64,000 nucleotides of DNA from an uncultured Agrococcus sp. (lineage in GTDB: Bacteria > Actinomycetota > Actinomycetes > Actinomycetales > Microbacteriaceae): positions 918 to 64,917 of the forward strand of contig NZ_CAMEFJ010000006.1 of the NCBI RefSeq assembly GCF_945915485.1, given 5' to 3'. The notes under the pieces are model-generated. The model searched no databases. It worked only from the letters and a program-made list of their open reading frames with translations, and was not told the origin of the DNA. A program made the position numbers and the translations under genes. Shown one piece after another: positions 1 to 9,846 of the stretch. Every line of letters starts with the position of its first letter. The first letter of the stretch is position 1.

Positions 1-1
1 G

Positions 2-547
2 GACGAGGATCTGCTGATCGCATCCGCGAAAGCAGAGCACGGAACGCTGACACCCGAGACGTACGTGACGCTGCTGGCGCGCGCGAAGGCGGAGGCCTTC
101 CTGAACACCGAGGCGAGCACCGGATTCACGGGCCTCGTGCTGGGCGGCGATTCTTCCCTGGAGCTCGACGGCGAAATGCTCGGCAAACCGCACACTCCCG
201 AACGCGCCCGCGAGCGCTGGCTGCAGCAGCGGGGCAAGACCGCGGTGCTGCACTCCGGTCACCATGTTCTCCGGGTCGAGAACGGCGAGAGAGTCGGCGC
301 GGATGAGGCCTGGACGTCAACCGAGCTCACGTTCTCGGCAGACATCTCAGAGCCTGAGATCGATGCGTACGTCGCAACCGGAGAGCCGCTTCAAGTCGCG
401 GGCGCTTTCACGATCGATGGCCGAGGCGCCGCCTTCATCGACACGATCACGGGTGACCCGTCAACGGTGATCGGGATGAGCATCCCGGCCGTCCGCCGCC
501 TGGCGCGCAGACTCGACGTGCCCTGGCATGAGCTCTGGGCCCCCTAG
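2..547 (+). CDS. maf: Maf family nucleotide pyrophosphatase (5' truncated by window edge)
   Basis: Frame open from position 2; motifs LARAKAE, GGDSSLELDG..LGKP, YVATGEPLQVAGAFTIDG, VIGMS typical of Maf/YhdE. Confidence 0.9.
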   Translation, partial: DEDLLIASAKAEHGTLTPETYVTLLARAKAEAFLNTEASTGFTGLVLGGDSSLELDGEMLGKPHTPERARERWLQQRGKTAVLHSGHHVLRVENGERVGADEAWTSTELTFSADISEPEIDAYVATGEPLQVAGAFTIDGRGAAFIDTITGDPSTVIGMSIPAVRRLARRLDVPWHELWAP

Positions 548-554
548 CGAAACC

Positions 555-914
555 TCAGACGAGGAAGCACCAGACGAGCACCGCGATGCAGATGGTCAAC
601 ATGCCAGTCGCGTTGACGAAGAGATTGCGGCCGAAGTCCCGTGCGCGAATGTGCAGCGAGATCGCGACGATGAAGTAAGCCACGAGGCAGAGACTCGTCA
701 GCAGCCCCAGCCACGGCAGCCAGATACCGATGATCAGCCCCGCTGCGGCCGCCGTCTTGATCGGAGTGAGCATCCACCACCACCGCTTGGGAAACCGCAC
801 GTCGTGCAGGCACTGCGCGATGAAGGGCACCGGCTTCCAGCAGATCACGGCATCGAAGAGGCAGATGGCCGCGAGCACAACGACTGGCCACACAGGATCG
901 GGAAGGCCGCTCAT
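555..914 (-). CDS. DoxX-like small membrane protein
   Basis: 119 aa, about 4 hydrophobic helices, K.AAAAGL.IG and YF..AI..H.RARD pattern of DoxX-like proteins; divergent from a TetR gene. Confidence 0.75.
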   Translation of the reverse strand: MSGLPDPVWPVVVLAAICLFDAVICWKPVPFIAQCLHDVRFPKRWWWMLTPIKTAAAAGLIIGIWLPWLGLLTSLCLVAYFIVAISLHIRARDFGRNLFVNATGMLTICIAVLVWCFLV

Positions 915-922
915 GCGAAGAA

Positions 923-943
923 CATACCATACGGTATGGTATG
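923..943. promoter_or_regulatory. Perfect palindromic operator, probable binding site of adjacent TetR
   Basis: CATACCATAC-G-GTATGGTATG (10-1-10 perfect inverted repeat) in the 63-bp gap between divergent DoxX and TetR genes. Confidence 0.75.
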
Positions 944-977
944 GAAACCAGCATTACCGGAAAGCTAGGAGACACGT

Positions 978-1532
978 ATGCCGACGAAAGACGACTGGAT
1001 CGCCGCCGGTCTCGACGCGCTCGCCGAAGGTGGCGAGAGCGCCATCCGCGTCGATCGACTCGCCGCCAGGCTGGGCGTGACGAAAGGCTCCTTCCACCAC
1101 CACTTCCGCGGCGCTGCCACGCTGCGGGCAGCAGTACTCGAGAGCTTTCGACAGAGCAGAGAGGAGCTCGCGGAAGCCATAGGGCGCGGCGTCGACGAGA
1201 TGAACGAGGAGGCGGCTCTCGAACACCTCGCGGCGCTCATTGCGCGTGTGCCAGATGATCGCCTCGACCGCGCCGTCCGATCGTGGGCGCTCGTCGATGA
1301 GCGAGCTCGCGCAGTGCAGGACGCCATCGACGCTCAGCAGCTCGCTGCGCTGGAATCGATCTGGCGGCGAATCGTGCCGAGCGAGCACGCACGAACCGCC
1401 GCGCTCATCCCCTTCCTGGCACTCGTCGGAGCCAGCGCGACGACCGCCGTCGACCGCGACGACATCGAGGCCGTGCTGCGGATGCTCGCGCAGGAGGCCC
1501 GCCACGTGCCGGAGATCGTCGCCAGGCTCTGA
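978..1532 (+). CDS. TetR/AcrR family transcriptional regulator
   Basis: N-terminal HTH WIAAGLDALAEGG...LAARLGVTKGSFHHHF; AGGAG SD upstream. Confidence 0.9.
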   Translation: MPTKDDWIAAGLDALAEGGESAIRVDRLAARLGVTKGSFHHHFRGAATLRAAVLESFRQSREELAEAIGRGVDEMNEEAALEHLAALIARVPDDRLDRAVRSWALVDERARAVQDAIDAQQLAALESIWRRIVPSEHARTAALIPFLALVGASATTAVDRDDIEAVLRMLAQEARHVPEIVARL

Positions 1533-1544
1533 ACTGCGGACATC

Positions 1545-1590
1545 AGACGGAAACGGCACGCCGAGCGTTCTCAGCGTGCCGTTTCCGTCT
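1545..1590. terminator. Hairpin between convergent genes (likely bidirectional terminator)
   Basis: AGACGGAAACGGCACGC ... GCGTGCCGTTTCCGTCT perfect 17-bp arms between the TetR and ABC stop codons. Confidence 0.7.
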
Positions 1591-1603
1591 CGGGATGACG
1601 GGT

Positions 1604-3658
1604 TCAGGTCTGCGATTCGCCCTGCACGGGAATCGCGCCCGTCTCCAGCGCTTCCTCGGCGTCGATGTCGACTGCGGCCTGCTCGAACTGCGCGTTCAGC
1701 AGACGCCAGTAGGCGCCCTGCGCGTCGACGAGCTGCTCGTGCGAACCCTGCTCGACGATCGAGCCCTGTTCCATGACCAGGATGACGTCCGCATCCCGAA
1801 TCGTGGAGAGCCGGTGCGCGATCACGAACGACGTCCGGTCGCTCCGCAGCGCCGCCATGGCGTGCTGCAGCAGTGCCTCCGTACGCGTGTCGACAGAGCT
1901 CGTGGCCTCGTCGAGGATGAGCACGTTCGGCCTTGCGAGGAAGGCCCGCGCAATCGTCACGAGCTGCTTCTCGCCCTGCGAGAGGTTCGTGGCGTCCTCG
2001 TCGATGACGGTCTCGTAACCGTCGGGCAGCGACTGCACGAACCGGTCGACGTACGTCGCCCTGGCAGCTTCGAGAATCTCTTCTTCGGTTGCGTCGGGAC
2101 GTCCGTAGGCGATGTTGTCGCGGATCGTGCCGCCGAACAGCCAGGTGTCCTGCAGCACCATGCCGGTCTGCGCGCGCAGCGCACTCCTGGTCATGTCTCG
2201 CGTATCCATGCCGTCCAGCTTGATGCTCCCACCGTCGATCTCGTAGAACCGCATCAGCAGGTTCACGAGCGTGGTCTTGCCCGCACCCGTTGGCCCGACG
2301 ATCGCGACGGTTTGGCCCGGCTCGACACTCAACGACAGATCCTCGATGAGGGGCTTATCGGCACTGTACGAGAATCGAACGTGCTCGAAAGTCACACGAC
2401 CGGCACCCTCCTGCACCTCGTCGGCGCCCGTGTCCTCTTCCTCGTCCTCCGCATCCAGGAGGTCGAACACGCGCTCGGCACTCGCCGCACCCGACATGAC
2501 CATCGACATGTTCTGGCCGATCTGACTCATGTTCTGCGTGAACTGCTGCGAGTACTGGATGAACGCCTGCACGTCACCGACGAGAATCGACCCCGCGGCG
2601 ACGAAGAGACCACCGGCGACGGCAACGAATACGTAGCCCAGGTTCCCGACGAAGGTCATGAGCGGGAAGATCAGGCCGGAGACGAACTGCGCTTTGAACG
2701 CGGCACCGTAGACACCTTCGTTCTCCTCCTTGAACTTCTCGAGGGTGTCGCGCTCACGGCCGAACACCTTCACCAGCGCATGACCGGTGTACGACTCCTC
2801 GACGAGCGAGTTCAGTGCGCCCGTACGACGCCACTGCTGCCTGAACAGCCCCTGCGCCGGCCCCATGACGGCACCCATCACGATGGCCGTCAGCGGCAGC
2901 GCGATGAGCGCGATGAGGGCTAGACGCCAGTCGATCCAGAACATCATGATGAGAACACCGATGATCGTCAGAACACCCGTCATGATCGCGCTGAACACCT
3001 GCGAAAGAGTCTGACCGATGTTGTCGAGGTCGTTCGTCAGACGGCTCAGCAGTTCACCGCGGTTGGTGGTGTCGTAGTACTGCAGCGGTAGCGTGTGCAC
3101 CTTGTTCTCGACGTCTTCGCGCAGGCCGCGAATCGACTTCTGCACGACCCTGTTGATCACGAAGCCCTGCAGCCAGTTGAAGAAGCTCGCCGCCGAGTAG
3201 AGCAGCAGCACGACCGCGAGGAAGATGCTGAGGCGCTCGAAATCGATACCTGCGCCGGGTTCGAAATTGCGCATGGCCTCGATCATGTTGGCGAAGTCGT
3301 CTTCGCCCGACGCGCGCAGACCTTCGACGACCTGCTCCTGCGTCACGCCCGCTGGCATCTGCATCTGGATGAAGCCCTCGACGATCACGTTCGTCGCTTC
3401 ACCGAGCACACGGGGTGCTGCGACGAGTAGTACGACGCCGATCGACCCGATCGCGATTACCGTCGTCAGCAGCCACTTGAACGGCGCCATCAGACCCAGC
3501 AGCCGCTTCACGGTCGGTATCAGGTTCTTCGGCTTACCGGGAGGCGGGCCGCCCCAGTCGCCGTCGGCCGCGCGACCGGCCTCTTCGAGCTCCAGCTCTG
3601 CGCGCTCTGCGTCTGTCATTTCCGGCTCTGTGGTTACGTTGTTCTCCGCCATGCTCAC
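1604..3658 (-). CDS. Heterodimeric ABC exporter half (TMD+NBD, TM288-like)
   Basis: TM domain plus Walker A GPTGAGKTT, LSQGE, LILDEATS, IAHRLSTI. Confidence 0.92.
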   Translation of the reverse strand: MSMAENNVTTEPEMTDAERAELELEEAGRAADGDWGGPPPGKPKNLIPTVKRLLGLMAPFKWLLTTVIAIGSIGVVLLVAAPRVLGEATNVIVEGFIQMQMPAGVTQEQVVEGLRASGEDDFANMIEAMRNFEPGAGIDFERLSIFLAVVLLLYSAASFFNWLQGFVINRVVQKSIRGLREDVENKVHTLPLQYYDTTNRGELLSRLTNDLDNIGQTLSQVFSAIMTGVLTIIGVLIMMFWIDWRLALIALIALPLTAIVMGAVMGPAQGLFRQQWRRTGALNSLVEESYTGHALVKVFGRERDTLEKFKEENEGVYGAAFKAQFVSGLIFPLMTFVGNLGYVFVAVAGGLFVAAGSILVGDVQAFIQYSQQFTQNMSQIGQNMSMVMSGAASAERVFDLLDAEDEEEDTGADEVQEGAGRVTFEHVRFSYSADKPLIEDLSLSVEPGQTVAIVGPTGAGKTTLVNLLMRFYEIDGGSIKLDGMDTRDMTRSALRAQTGMVLQDTWLFGGTIRDNIAYGRPDATEEEILEAARATYVDRFVQSLPDGYETVIDEDATNLSQGEKQLVTIARAFLARPNVLILDEATSSVDTRTEALLQHAMAALRSDRTSFVIAHRLSTIRDADVILVMEQGSIVEQGSHEQLVDAQGAYWRLLNAQFEQAAVDIDAEEALETGAIPVQGESQT

Positions 3659-5373
3659 GCCTCCACACTCATCTGCGACTCGACGATCTCTCGATACGTC
3701 TCGTTGGTCTCCAGCAGTTCCTCGTGCTTGCCGAGCCCGACGACTTCACCGTTGTCGATGACGACGATCCGGTCGGCGTTCTGCACGGTCGTGACGCGCT
3801 GCGCGACGACGATCCTGGTCACGTGACCGAGCCGGGCGTCCAGCGCCGCCCGCAGCCGGGCATCCGTCGCCGTGTCGAGCGCTGAGAACGAGTCGTCGAA
3901 CAGCAGGATGCGCGGCTTGCGCACGAGCGCACGTGCAATGGAAAGCCGTTGCCGCTGGCCGCCCGAGAAGTTCGTGCCGCCCTGGGCGACCCTGGAGTCG
4001 ATACCCTTCTCGGTCACGAAGCCTTTCGCCTGTGCGATGTCGAGGGCGTTCCACAGCTCCTCGTCGTCGGCGCTTTCGTCGCCGTAGCGGAGATTCGAGG
4101 CGACTGTACCCGAGAACAGGTACGGGCGCTGTGGCACGAGCCCGAGTGAAGCCCACACCGCTTCCGTGTCCGCCTCGCGGACGTCGACGCCGCCGACGCG
4201 GACGCTGCCGCTCGTGACGTCGAACAGTCGCGCAATGAGGTTGACCATCGTGGTCTTGCCTGCGCCGGTCGAGCCGATGATGGCGACGGTCTCCCCTTCC
4301 TCAGCTCTGAAGGAGACGCCCCTCAGAACGGGAGCGTCGGCTCCTGGATATGCGAACGTCACGTTGTCGAACTCGACGGTGCCATCGCGAGGAGCAGCCT
4401 CTCCCTCGCCCTGTCGCAGCGAGGGCTCGGTCTCGAGCACCTCGGTGATACGGCGGGCACCGACGGCGGCACGCGGAATCATCATGGTCATGAACGTGAC
4501 CATGATGACGCCCATCAGGATCATCATGAGGTACTGCAGGAAGATCATCATCGTGCCGATCTCCAACTCGCCGGCTTCGACGAGGTGACCACCGAACCAG
4601 ATGACGGCAACGCTCGAGATCTCGACGATCAGCATGACCAACGGGAACGCGATCACGAAGAGATTGCCGGTCTTGAGCATCGCCATGTAGACGTCCTCGT
4701 TCGCGGCGTCGAAGCGACGCTTCTCACGCGGCTCCTGCACGAAGGCGCGTACGACGCGAATGCCGGTCAGCTGCTCTCGCATGATGCGATTGATGCGGTC
4801 GATCTTCTCCTGCAGCGTCGAGAAGATCGGGATGAGGCGGCTCACGATGATCGTCATCACGATGAGCATCACGGGAACCGCGACGCCCACGATCCAGAAG
4901 AGCGACGCGTCTGCGCGAAGTGCCATGATGATGCCGCCGATCGACAGCATGGGTGCCGACATCAGCATCGTGCACGACATCAGGACCAGCATCTGCACCT
5001 GCTGCACATCGTTCGTATTGCGGGTGATGAGGCTTGCGGAACCGAAGCGCTGCATGTCCTGCTCGCTGAAGCCGGAGGCTCGCGAGAAGATGTCGGCGCG
5101 CATGTCGCGCCCTGCGCGCATTGCGACGATCGCTCCGCAGAGAATCGCGAGTGCGTTCGCGATGATCTGCATGAAGCTGAGCACGAGCATCCAGCCGCCG
5201 AGGCGCCAGATGACTTCTGTGTTGCCCTGGAGCACGCCGTCGTTCAGGATGTCGCCGTTGATGGTCGGCAGCAGCAGGCTGAGCACCGACTGCGCGAATT
5301 GGAAGACGACGACGAGCACGAGCAGCCACCAGTAGGGCTGCGTGTATCGCCATGCGAGTCTGAGAAGTCTCAC
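3655..5373 (-). CDS. Heterodimeric ABC exporter half (TMD+NBD, TM287-like degenerate site)
   Basis: GSTGAGKTT, FSGGQ, Walker B LLFDD (E to D) and switch AQR (H to Q); 4-bp overlap with partner gene. Confidence 0.92.
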   Translation of the reverse strand: MRLLRLAWRYTQPYWWLLVLVVVFQFAQSVLSLLLPTINGDILNDGVLQGNTEVIWRLGGWMLVLSFMQIIANALAILCGAIVAMRAGRDMRADIFSRASGFSEQDMQRFGSASLITRNTNDVQQVQMLVLMSCTMLMSAPMLSIGGIIMALRADASLFWIVGVAVPVMLIVMTIIVSRLIPIFSTLQEKIDRINRIMREQLTGIRVVRAFVQEPREKRRFDAANEDVYMAMLKTGNLFVIAFPLVMLIVEISSVAVIWFGGHLVEAGELEIGTMMIFLQYLMMILMGVIMVTFMTMMIPRAAVGARRITEVLETEPSLRQGEGEAAPRDGTVEFDNVTFAYPGADAPVLRGVSFRAEEGETVAIIGSTGAGKTTMVNLIARLFDVTSGSVRVGGVDVREADTEAVWASLGLVPQRPYLFSGTVASNLRYGDESADDEELWNALDIAQAKGFVTEKGIDSRVAQGGTNFSGGQRQRLSIARALVRKPRILLFDDSFSALDTATDARLRAALDARLGHVTRIVVAQRVTTVQNADRIVVIDNGEVVGLGKHEELLETNETYREIVESQMSVEA

Positions 5374-5380
5374 GTTGCTC

Positions 5381-5986
5381 CTAGTCGTTTTGGGCGCCGC
5401 TTGTGGCGGCGCCGTTGAGGAATATGTCAGCGTAGCTTTCGGCTGAAAGCTTCGGACCCCAGGCCGATCCCTGATCGGAAACCGCTACCGCATACATGCG
5501 AAGTATGGCGGCGGCCGCATCCGCTTGGATGCGCAGGTCGTTTGCGTGAGGCGCAAGCGCATCGGTCCAGGGCTCGAGCTCCCGTTCGAACTGTTCAATA
5601 GCCTCGTCATTCGGCTTATCCATGAGCGGGCCAAGGGCGTAGAAGAGTTGAAAAGATAGCTGATACTGAGCCGCCGCCTGGCCGATGATGCCGATCACCA
5701 GCTCGCGTAGTGTCATCCGCTCGGGATCGATCGTGCGCAGCCACTCGCCGACAGCATCCGGCATAGCCGCGTGCTTGCCCGCAAGAGCACGCAGCAGATC
5801 GTCTTTCGTGCCGAAGGCTTTGAACAGTGTGCCCTCTGCCACGCCGGCGGCTTCCGCGAGCTCTTTCGAGGTCACGGCCATACCGCGCTCGATGACAACG
5901 TCGAGGACACTGTCGAGAATCTGATCTCGCCGGTCTTCGCGTGAGAGTCGAGCGCCACGGTTCAGAGAAGAGTTTGGCACGCACAC
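5381..5986 (-). CDS. TetR/AcrR family regulator heading the ABC exporter operon
   Basis: DRRDQILDSV...TSKELAEAAGVAEGTLFKAFGTKDDL HTH. Confidence 0.9.
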   Translation of the reverse strand: MCVPNSSLNRGARLSREDRRDQILDSVLDVVIERGMAVTSKELAEAAGVAEGTLFKAFGTKDDLLRALAGKHAAMPDAVGEWLRTIDPERMTLRELVIGIIGQAAAQYQLSFQLFYALGPLMDKPNDEAIEQFERELEPWTDALAPHANDLRIQADAAAAILRMYAVAVSDQGSAWGPKLSAESYADIFLNGAATSGAQND

Positions 5987-5994
5987 AATTTACT

Positions 5995-6012
5995 TGAGTG
6001 AGCGCTCACTCA
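5995..6012. promoter_or_regulatory. Perfect 18-bp palindromic operator for the TetR-ABC operon
   Basis: TGAGTGAGCGCTCACTCA immediately upstream of the TetR start. Confidence 0.75.
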
Positions 6013-6141
6013 CCAAGCTCGGCCGAACGCGATCGGCGTGTCCGGCGCAATTGTGCGGGTACGTACCGGCACCTCCCAGAACCCACTCACTTCGCTGCCC
6101 CGCTCGTGTGCAGATTCAACGCATGACGAACGGGGCCATCT

Positions 6142-7500
6142 CTAGATCTGCAGCACCAGCTTCGCGATCAGGAAGTACACGACGAGTCCTGTCGCATCCA
6201 CGAAGGTCGTGATGAACGGGTTCGAGAACACGGCAGGATCCACTCGCAACGCACGGGCGACCATGGGCATGATCCCGCCGATGGTCGCGGCCATCGAGCA
6301 TACGGCCAATAGCGTGAGCCCGATCACCAATCCGATGCGAGGCTCATAGATCAATGCCGTTATCGATCCACCGAGGATGCCCAGGAGGGAACCGAGCGAG
6401 AGCCCGACTCCGAACTCCCGGGCAAGGACCCGGAGCAGATCACGCGGCTGTACATCATCGAGCGCGAGTGCCCTCGTCACCGTAGTGGCGGCCTGGTTAC
6501 CCGTATTCCCGCCGGTGCCGATGAGCAGCGGCACGAAGAGTGCGAGCACGGTTATCTGCTCCAGTGTTGCCTCGAAGATCGAAAGTACCTGGACCGTGAG
6601 TGTCGCACCGACGGCGAGCACGAGCAGCCAAACGATCCGCGAACTCACGAGCGATCGCAGCGGAGTTGCGAAGTACGGCCTGCGCAGTGGCTCGACACCT
6701 CCCTGACGGGCGGCGTCCTCCGTCTCCTCGTGCTCGAGAATCCTCACGGCATCGTCGATCGTCAGGATCCCGAGCAGCCTCGACTCCTTATCGACGATCG
6801 GCAGAGCAAGGAATCCGTGGTCCGTGCATTTCCTGGCCGCCGATTCGGCCGTCTGATACACCGTCGTGACCTCTGCGTGCTGCATGATCTCGGAGATCAT
6901 GCGTTCGGACTCCGACCGAAGCAGATCCCGCAGGCTCACGACCCCGATGACCCGGCGGCTATCGTCCAGCACGGGCAGCGTATACACCGTCTCGGCGTCG
7001 TCGAGACGTGAGCGCACCCGTTGCAGAGTCGCCCCGACACTGGAATCCGCCCTCGTCGAAATGTACTCGGGGCTCATGCGCCGACCAACCGAACCCTTCG
7101 GATAACCGAGCACTTCGGCGGTCAGCTGGCGCTCCTTCTCCGTCAGCCCCTGCAGGAGCAGAGGAGCGAGCCCGGCTGGCAGTTCATCCAGCAGCCAGAC
7201 GCGGTCGTCGGGATCGAGGTCGGCGAAGATCGACGCGACCTCGACGTCTCGCAACGATCCGATCAAGTCGCTCTGCATGCCCGGGGAGAGCTTCTCGAAT
7301 ACATCGACGGCTCGGTCCTTCGGCAGAAGCCGGTAGACGATGGCGCGTTCGTGCATCGGCAATCGTTCGAGCAGGGAGGTCAACTGCTCCGCGGATGCGG
7401 GAGTGACGGCATCGATGATCGCCGCGAAATCCTTCTCATCGATCAGCGGCTGAATTGCTTCGGAGAGGTCGATGACCTCAGCGATCTGCTTGGCGTTCAT
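6142..7500 (-). CDS. mgtE: Magnesium transporter MgtE
   Basis: N-domain, CBS pair, PLLIGTGGNTGNQA, DPAVFSNPFITTFVDATG. Confidence 0.96.
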   Translation of the reverse strand: MNAKQIAEVIDLSEAIQPLIDEKDFAAIIDAVTPASAEQLTSLLERLPMHERAIVYRLLPKDRAVDVFEKLSPGMQSDLIGSLRDVEVASIFADLDPDDRVWLLDELPAGLAPLLLQGLTEKERQLTAEVLGYPKGSVGRRMSPEYISTRADSSVGATLQRVRSRLDDAETVYTLPVLDDSRRVIGVVSLRDLLRSESERMISEIMQHAEVTTVYQTAESAARKCTDHGFLALPIVDKESRLLGILTIDDAVRILEHEETEDAARQGGVEPLRRPYFATPLRSLVSSRIVWLLVLAVGATLTVQVLSIFEATLEQITVLALFVPLLIGTGGNTGNQAATTVTRALALDDVQPRDLLRVLAREFGVGLSLGSLLGILGGSITALIYEPRIGLVIGLTLLAVCSMAATIGGIMPMVARALRVDPAVFSNPFITTFVDATGLVVYFLIAKLVLQI

Positions 7501-7586
7501 GGCTTGGTCCTTTACGCAGAGGAGCTGCGCCTAGCCGAGCGATAGGGCTCGGTCGGCACGGGAGAAGAACCACGCCCGCTGGTGCG

Positions 7587-7685
7587 CTACAACTCGAAGA
7601 CCTGGAAAGGCACCGGGCCGAGTAAGGAGTCGTGCCGCAGGGAGGGCGCGGTGCACGATCGATGACTGGAACTGTCACTGTTCAC
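7587..7685 (-). CDS. Candidate 32-aa leader peptide upstream of mgtE ([32 protein letters not shown])
   Basis: GAGGTGA SD a few nt before GTG, TAG stop at 7589-7587, followed by a CCGAGC/GCTCGG hairpin before mgtE; below the ORF-track size cutoff. Confidence 0.5.
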   Translation of the reverse strand: MNSDSSSHRSCTAPSLRHDSLLGPVPFQVFEL

Positions 7686-7878
7686 GGACCCTCACCTCAC
7701 TTTCAAGACTCGGCGGTGCTGCCAACGGACAAGCTTACCCCTTCACGCATCAACTCAACCTCTGGGCACGCTCGGAGACTCCGTTGTGCGCGTTCTCTGG
7801 CGGATTTCAACAGGAGAATCGCGAATTCGATGGAGGTTTGATGCAAGAACGTACCGAGGCGGTTTAGGATTTGGAGCT

Positions 7879-9642
7879 ATGCCCCGAATTTCCAAGGTGC
7901 TCATCGCCAACCGCGGTGAGATCGCAGTCCGAGTCGTCAGAGCCGCAAAAGATGCCGGAATCGCCTCGGTCGCCATTTACGCAGACCCGGACCGCGACGC
8001 GCAGCACGTTCGCCTCGCCGACGAGGCCTACGGCCTGCACGGCAAGACGAGCGCCGAGACGTACCTCGTGGTCGACAAGATTCTGTCGATCGCGCGCCGG
8101 TCGGGAGCGGATGCCGTGCACCCCGGCTACGGGTTCCTTGCCGAGAACGCCGCTTTCGCGCAAGCCGTCATCGATGCCGGTCTCGTCTGGATCGGCCCCA
8201 GCCCCGCCGCGATCGACGCACTGGGCGACAAGGTGAAAGCGCGACACATCGCCGAGAAGGTCGGGGCACCCCTTGCACCGGGCACGCTGAACCCTGTCGA
8301 GACCGCAGACGAGGTGCTCGAATTCGTCGACGAGCACGGCCTCCCCGTCGCGATCAAAGCCGCGTTCGGTGGCGGCGGACGCGGCCTCAAAGTCGCCCGT
8401 ACGCGCGACGAGGTCGCTCAGCAGTTCGACTCGGCGACACGCGAGGCCATTTCCGCGTTCGGTCGCGGCGAGTGCTTCGTCGAGAAATACCTCGACAAAC
8501 CCCGTCACGTCGAGACCCAGTGTCTCGCCGACGCGCACGGCAACGTCGTCGTGGTCTCCACCCGCGACTGTTCGCTGCAGCGACGTCACCAGAAGCTCGT
8601 GGAAGAGGCGCCGGCGCCCTTCCTGACGGACGAGCAGCTCGACCGGCTCTACACCTCTTCGAAAGCGATCATGCGGGAGGCCGGCTACGTGGGAGCAGGC
8701 ACCTGCGAGTTCCTGATCGGCGCGGACGGCACCGTCTCGTTCCTGGAAGTCAACACACGACTGCAGGTCGAGCATCCCGTCTCCGAGGAAGTCACGGGCA
8801 TCGATCTCGTCCGCGAGCAGTTCCGCCTCGCGGAGGGCGAAGAGCTCGGCTACGACGACCCCGAGATCCGCGGTCACTCGTTCGAGTTCAGGATGAACGG
8901 TGAGGATGCGGGCCGCGGCTTCCTGCCCATGCCCGGCCCGATCTCGGTCTTCCGAACCCCTTCCGGCCCCGGCGTACGCGTCGACTCCGGCGTTGTCGCC
9001 GGCGATGTCATCGGCGGCAACTTCGACTCGATGATGGCGAAGCTCATCGTGACCGGCCGCACGCGCGAGGAGGCGCTCGACCGCTCGCGCCGAGCCCTGG
9101 CGGAGTTCCAGATCGAGGGCCTCCCGACCGTGCTACCCTTCCACAAGCTCATCGTCGATGACCCCGCGTTCACGGCGGCAGACGGCGATTTCCGCGTCTA
9201 TACCTCCTGGATCGAAACCGAGTGGACGGGCGAGGTCTCCCCGTGGGAGGGCGAGCCCGGCGACCTGGGCACGCCCGAAGAACGCCGCACCGTCGTGGTC
9301 GAAGCCGACGGCAAGCGTGTCGAGGTCTCAATGCCGCGCAGGCTCTTCAGCGAGACCAAGGACGCACGTGGACCCGCGCCTCGCCGCAACAAGGCGACCG
9401 CAGCATCCGGCGCATCCAGCGGCATCGTGACGAGCCCCATGCAGGCGACCGTCGTGAAGTGCGAGGTCGAGCCCGGCCAGCGTGTTGTCGCAGGCGACCT
9501 CCTGCTCGTGCTGGAAGCCATGAAGATGGAGCAGCCGATTCAGTCGGCCGTCACCGGCACCGTCGAAGAAGTGGCTGCTCCCGTCGGCGGCACTGTCTCA
9601 TCCGGTCACACGCTGCTTCGGATCGCGCCCGACGCTGCGTAG
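7879..9642 (+). CDS. accA3: Acetyl/propionyl-CoA carboxylase alpha subunit (biotin carboxylase + BCCP)
   Basis: [39 protein letters not shown]-terminal EAMKM biotin site; start set at MPRISKV. Confidence 0.93.
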   Translation: MPRISKVLIANRGEIAVRVVRAAKDAGIASVAIYADPDRDAQHVRLADEAYGLHGKTSAETYLVVDKILSIARRSGADAVHPGYGFLAENAAFAQAVIDAGLVWIGPSPAAIDALGDKVKARHIAEKVGAPLAPGTLNPVETADEVLEFVDEHGLPVAIKAAFGGGGRGLKVARTRDEVAQQFDSATREAISAFGRGECFVEKYLDKPRHVETQCLADAHGNVVVVSTRDCSLQRRHQKLVEEAPAPFLTDEQLDRLYTSSKAIMREAGYVGAGTCEFLIGADGTVSFLEVNTRLQVEHPVSEEVTGIDLVREQFRLAEGEELGYDDPEIRGHSFEFRMNGEDAGRGFLPMPGPISVFRTPSGPGVRVDSGVVAGDVIGGNFDSMMAKLIVTGRTREEALDRSRRALAEFQIEGLPTVLPFHKLIVDDPAFTAADGDFRVYTSWIETEWTGEVSPWEGEPGDLGTPEERRTVVVEADGKRVEVSMPRRLFSETKDARGPAPRRNKATAASGASSGIVTSPMQATVVKCEVEPGQRVVAGDLLLVLEAMKMEQPIQSAVTGTVEEVAAPVGGTVSSGHTLLRIAPDAA

Positions 9643-9752
9643 GTCGACCCACGACGAAGAGTAGCCACGACGGGGTTCGGCATCCGGTGCCACTTCCCAC
9701 CTCGCTGCCCGATCACGAACCAAAATTCAGCAATCGACCCCATCTCAGAAAT

Positions 9753-9822
9753 CAACTTCTCGGTCGCTGGGCGACGACACGCCGGCAGAAAGCCGTCTCG
9801 TCGCCAGGCGACCGAGAAGTTG
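9753..9822. repeat. REP/REPIN-like long inverted repeat, copy A
   Basis: CAACTTCTCGGTCGC ... GCGACCGAGAAGTTG 15-bp perfect arms between convergent genes; arm core shared with 51387-51456. Confidence 0.65.
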
Positions 9823-9846
9823 GCGAGACGGATGGGCGGAAGACGG

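Noticed and set aside
3655-5373. Degenerate Walker B and switch motifs as sign of a pseudogene
   Set aside because: This is the normal non-canonical site of TM287/288-type heterodimeric exporters
7501-7740. Canonical M-box (ykoK) riboswitch before mgtE
   Set aside because: Only an AGGTGAGG fragment resembles it; the other conserved segments were not recognisable, so it is not called without an Infernal search
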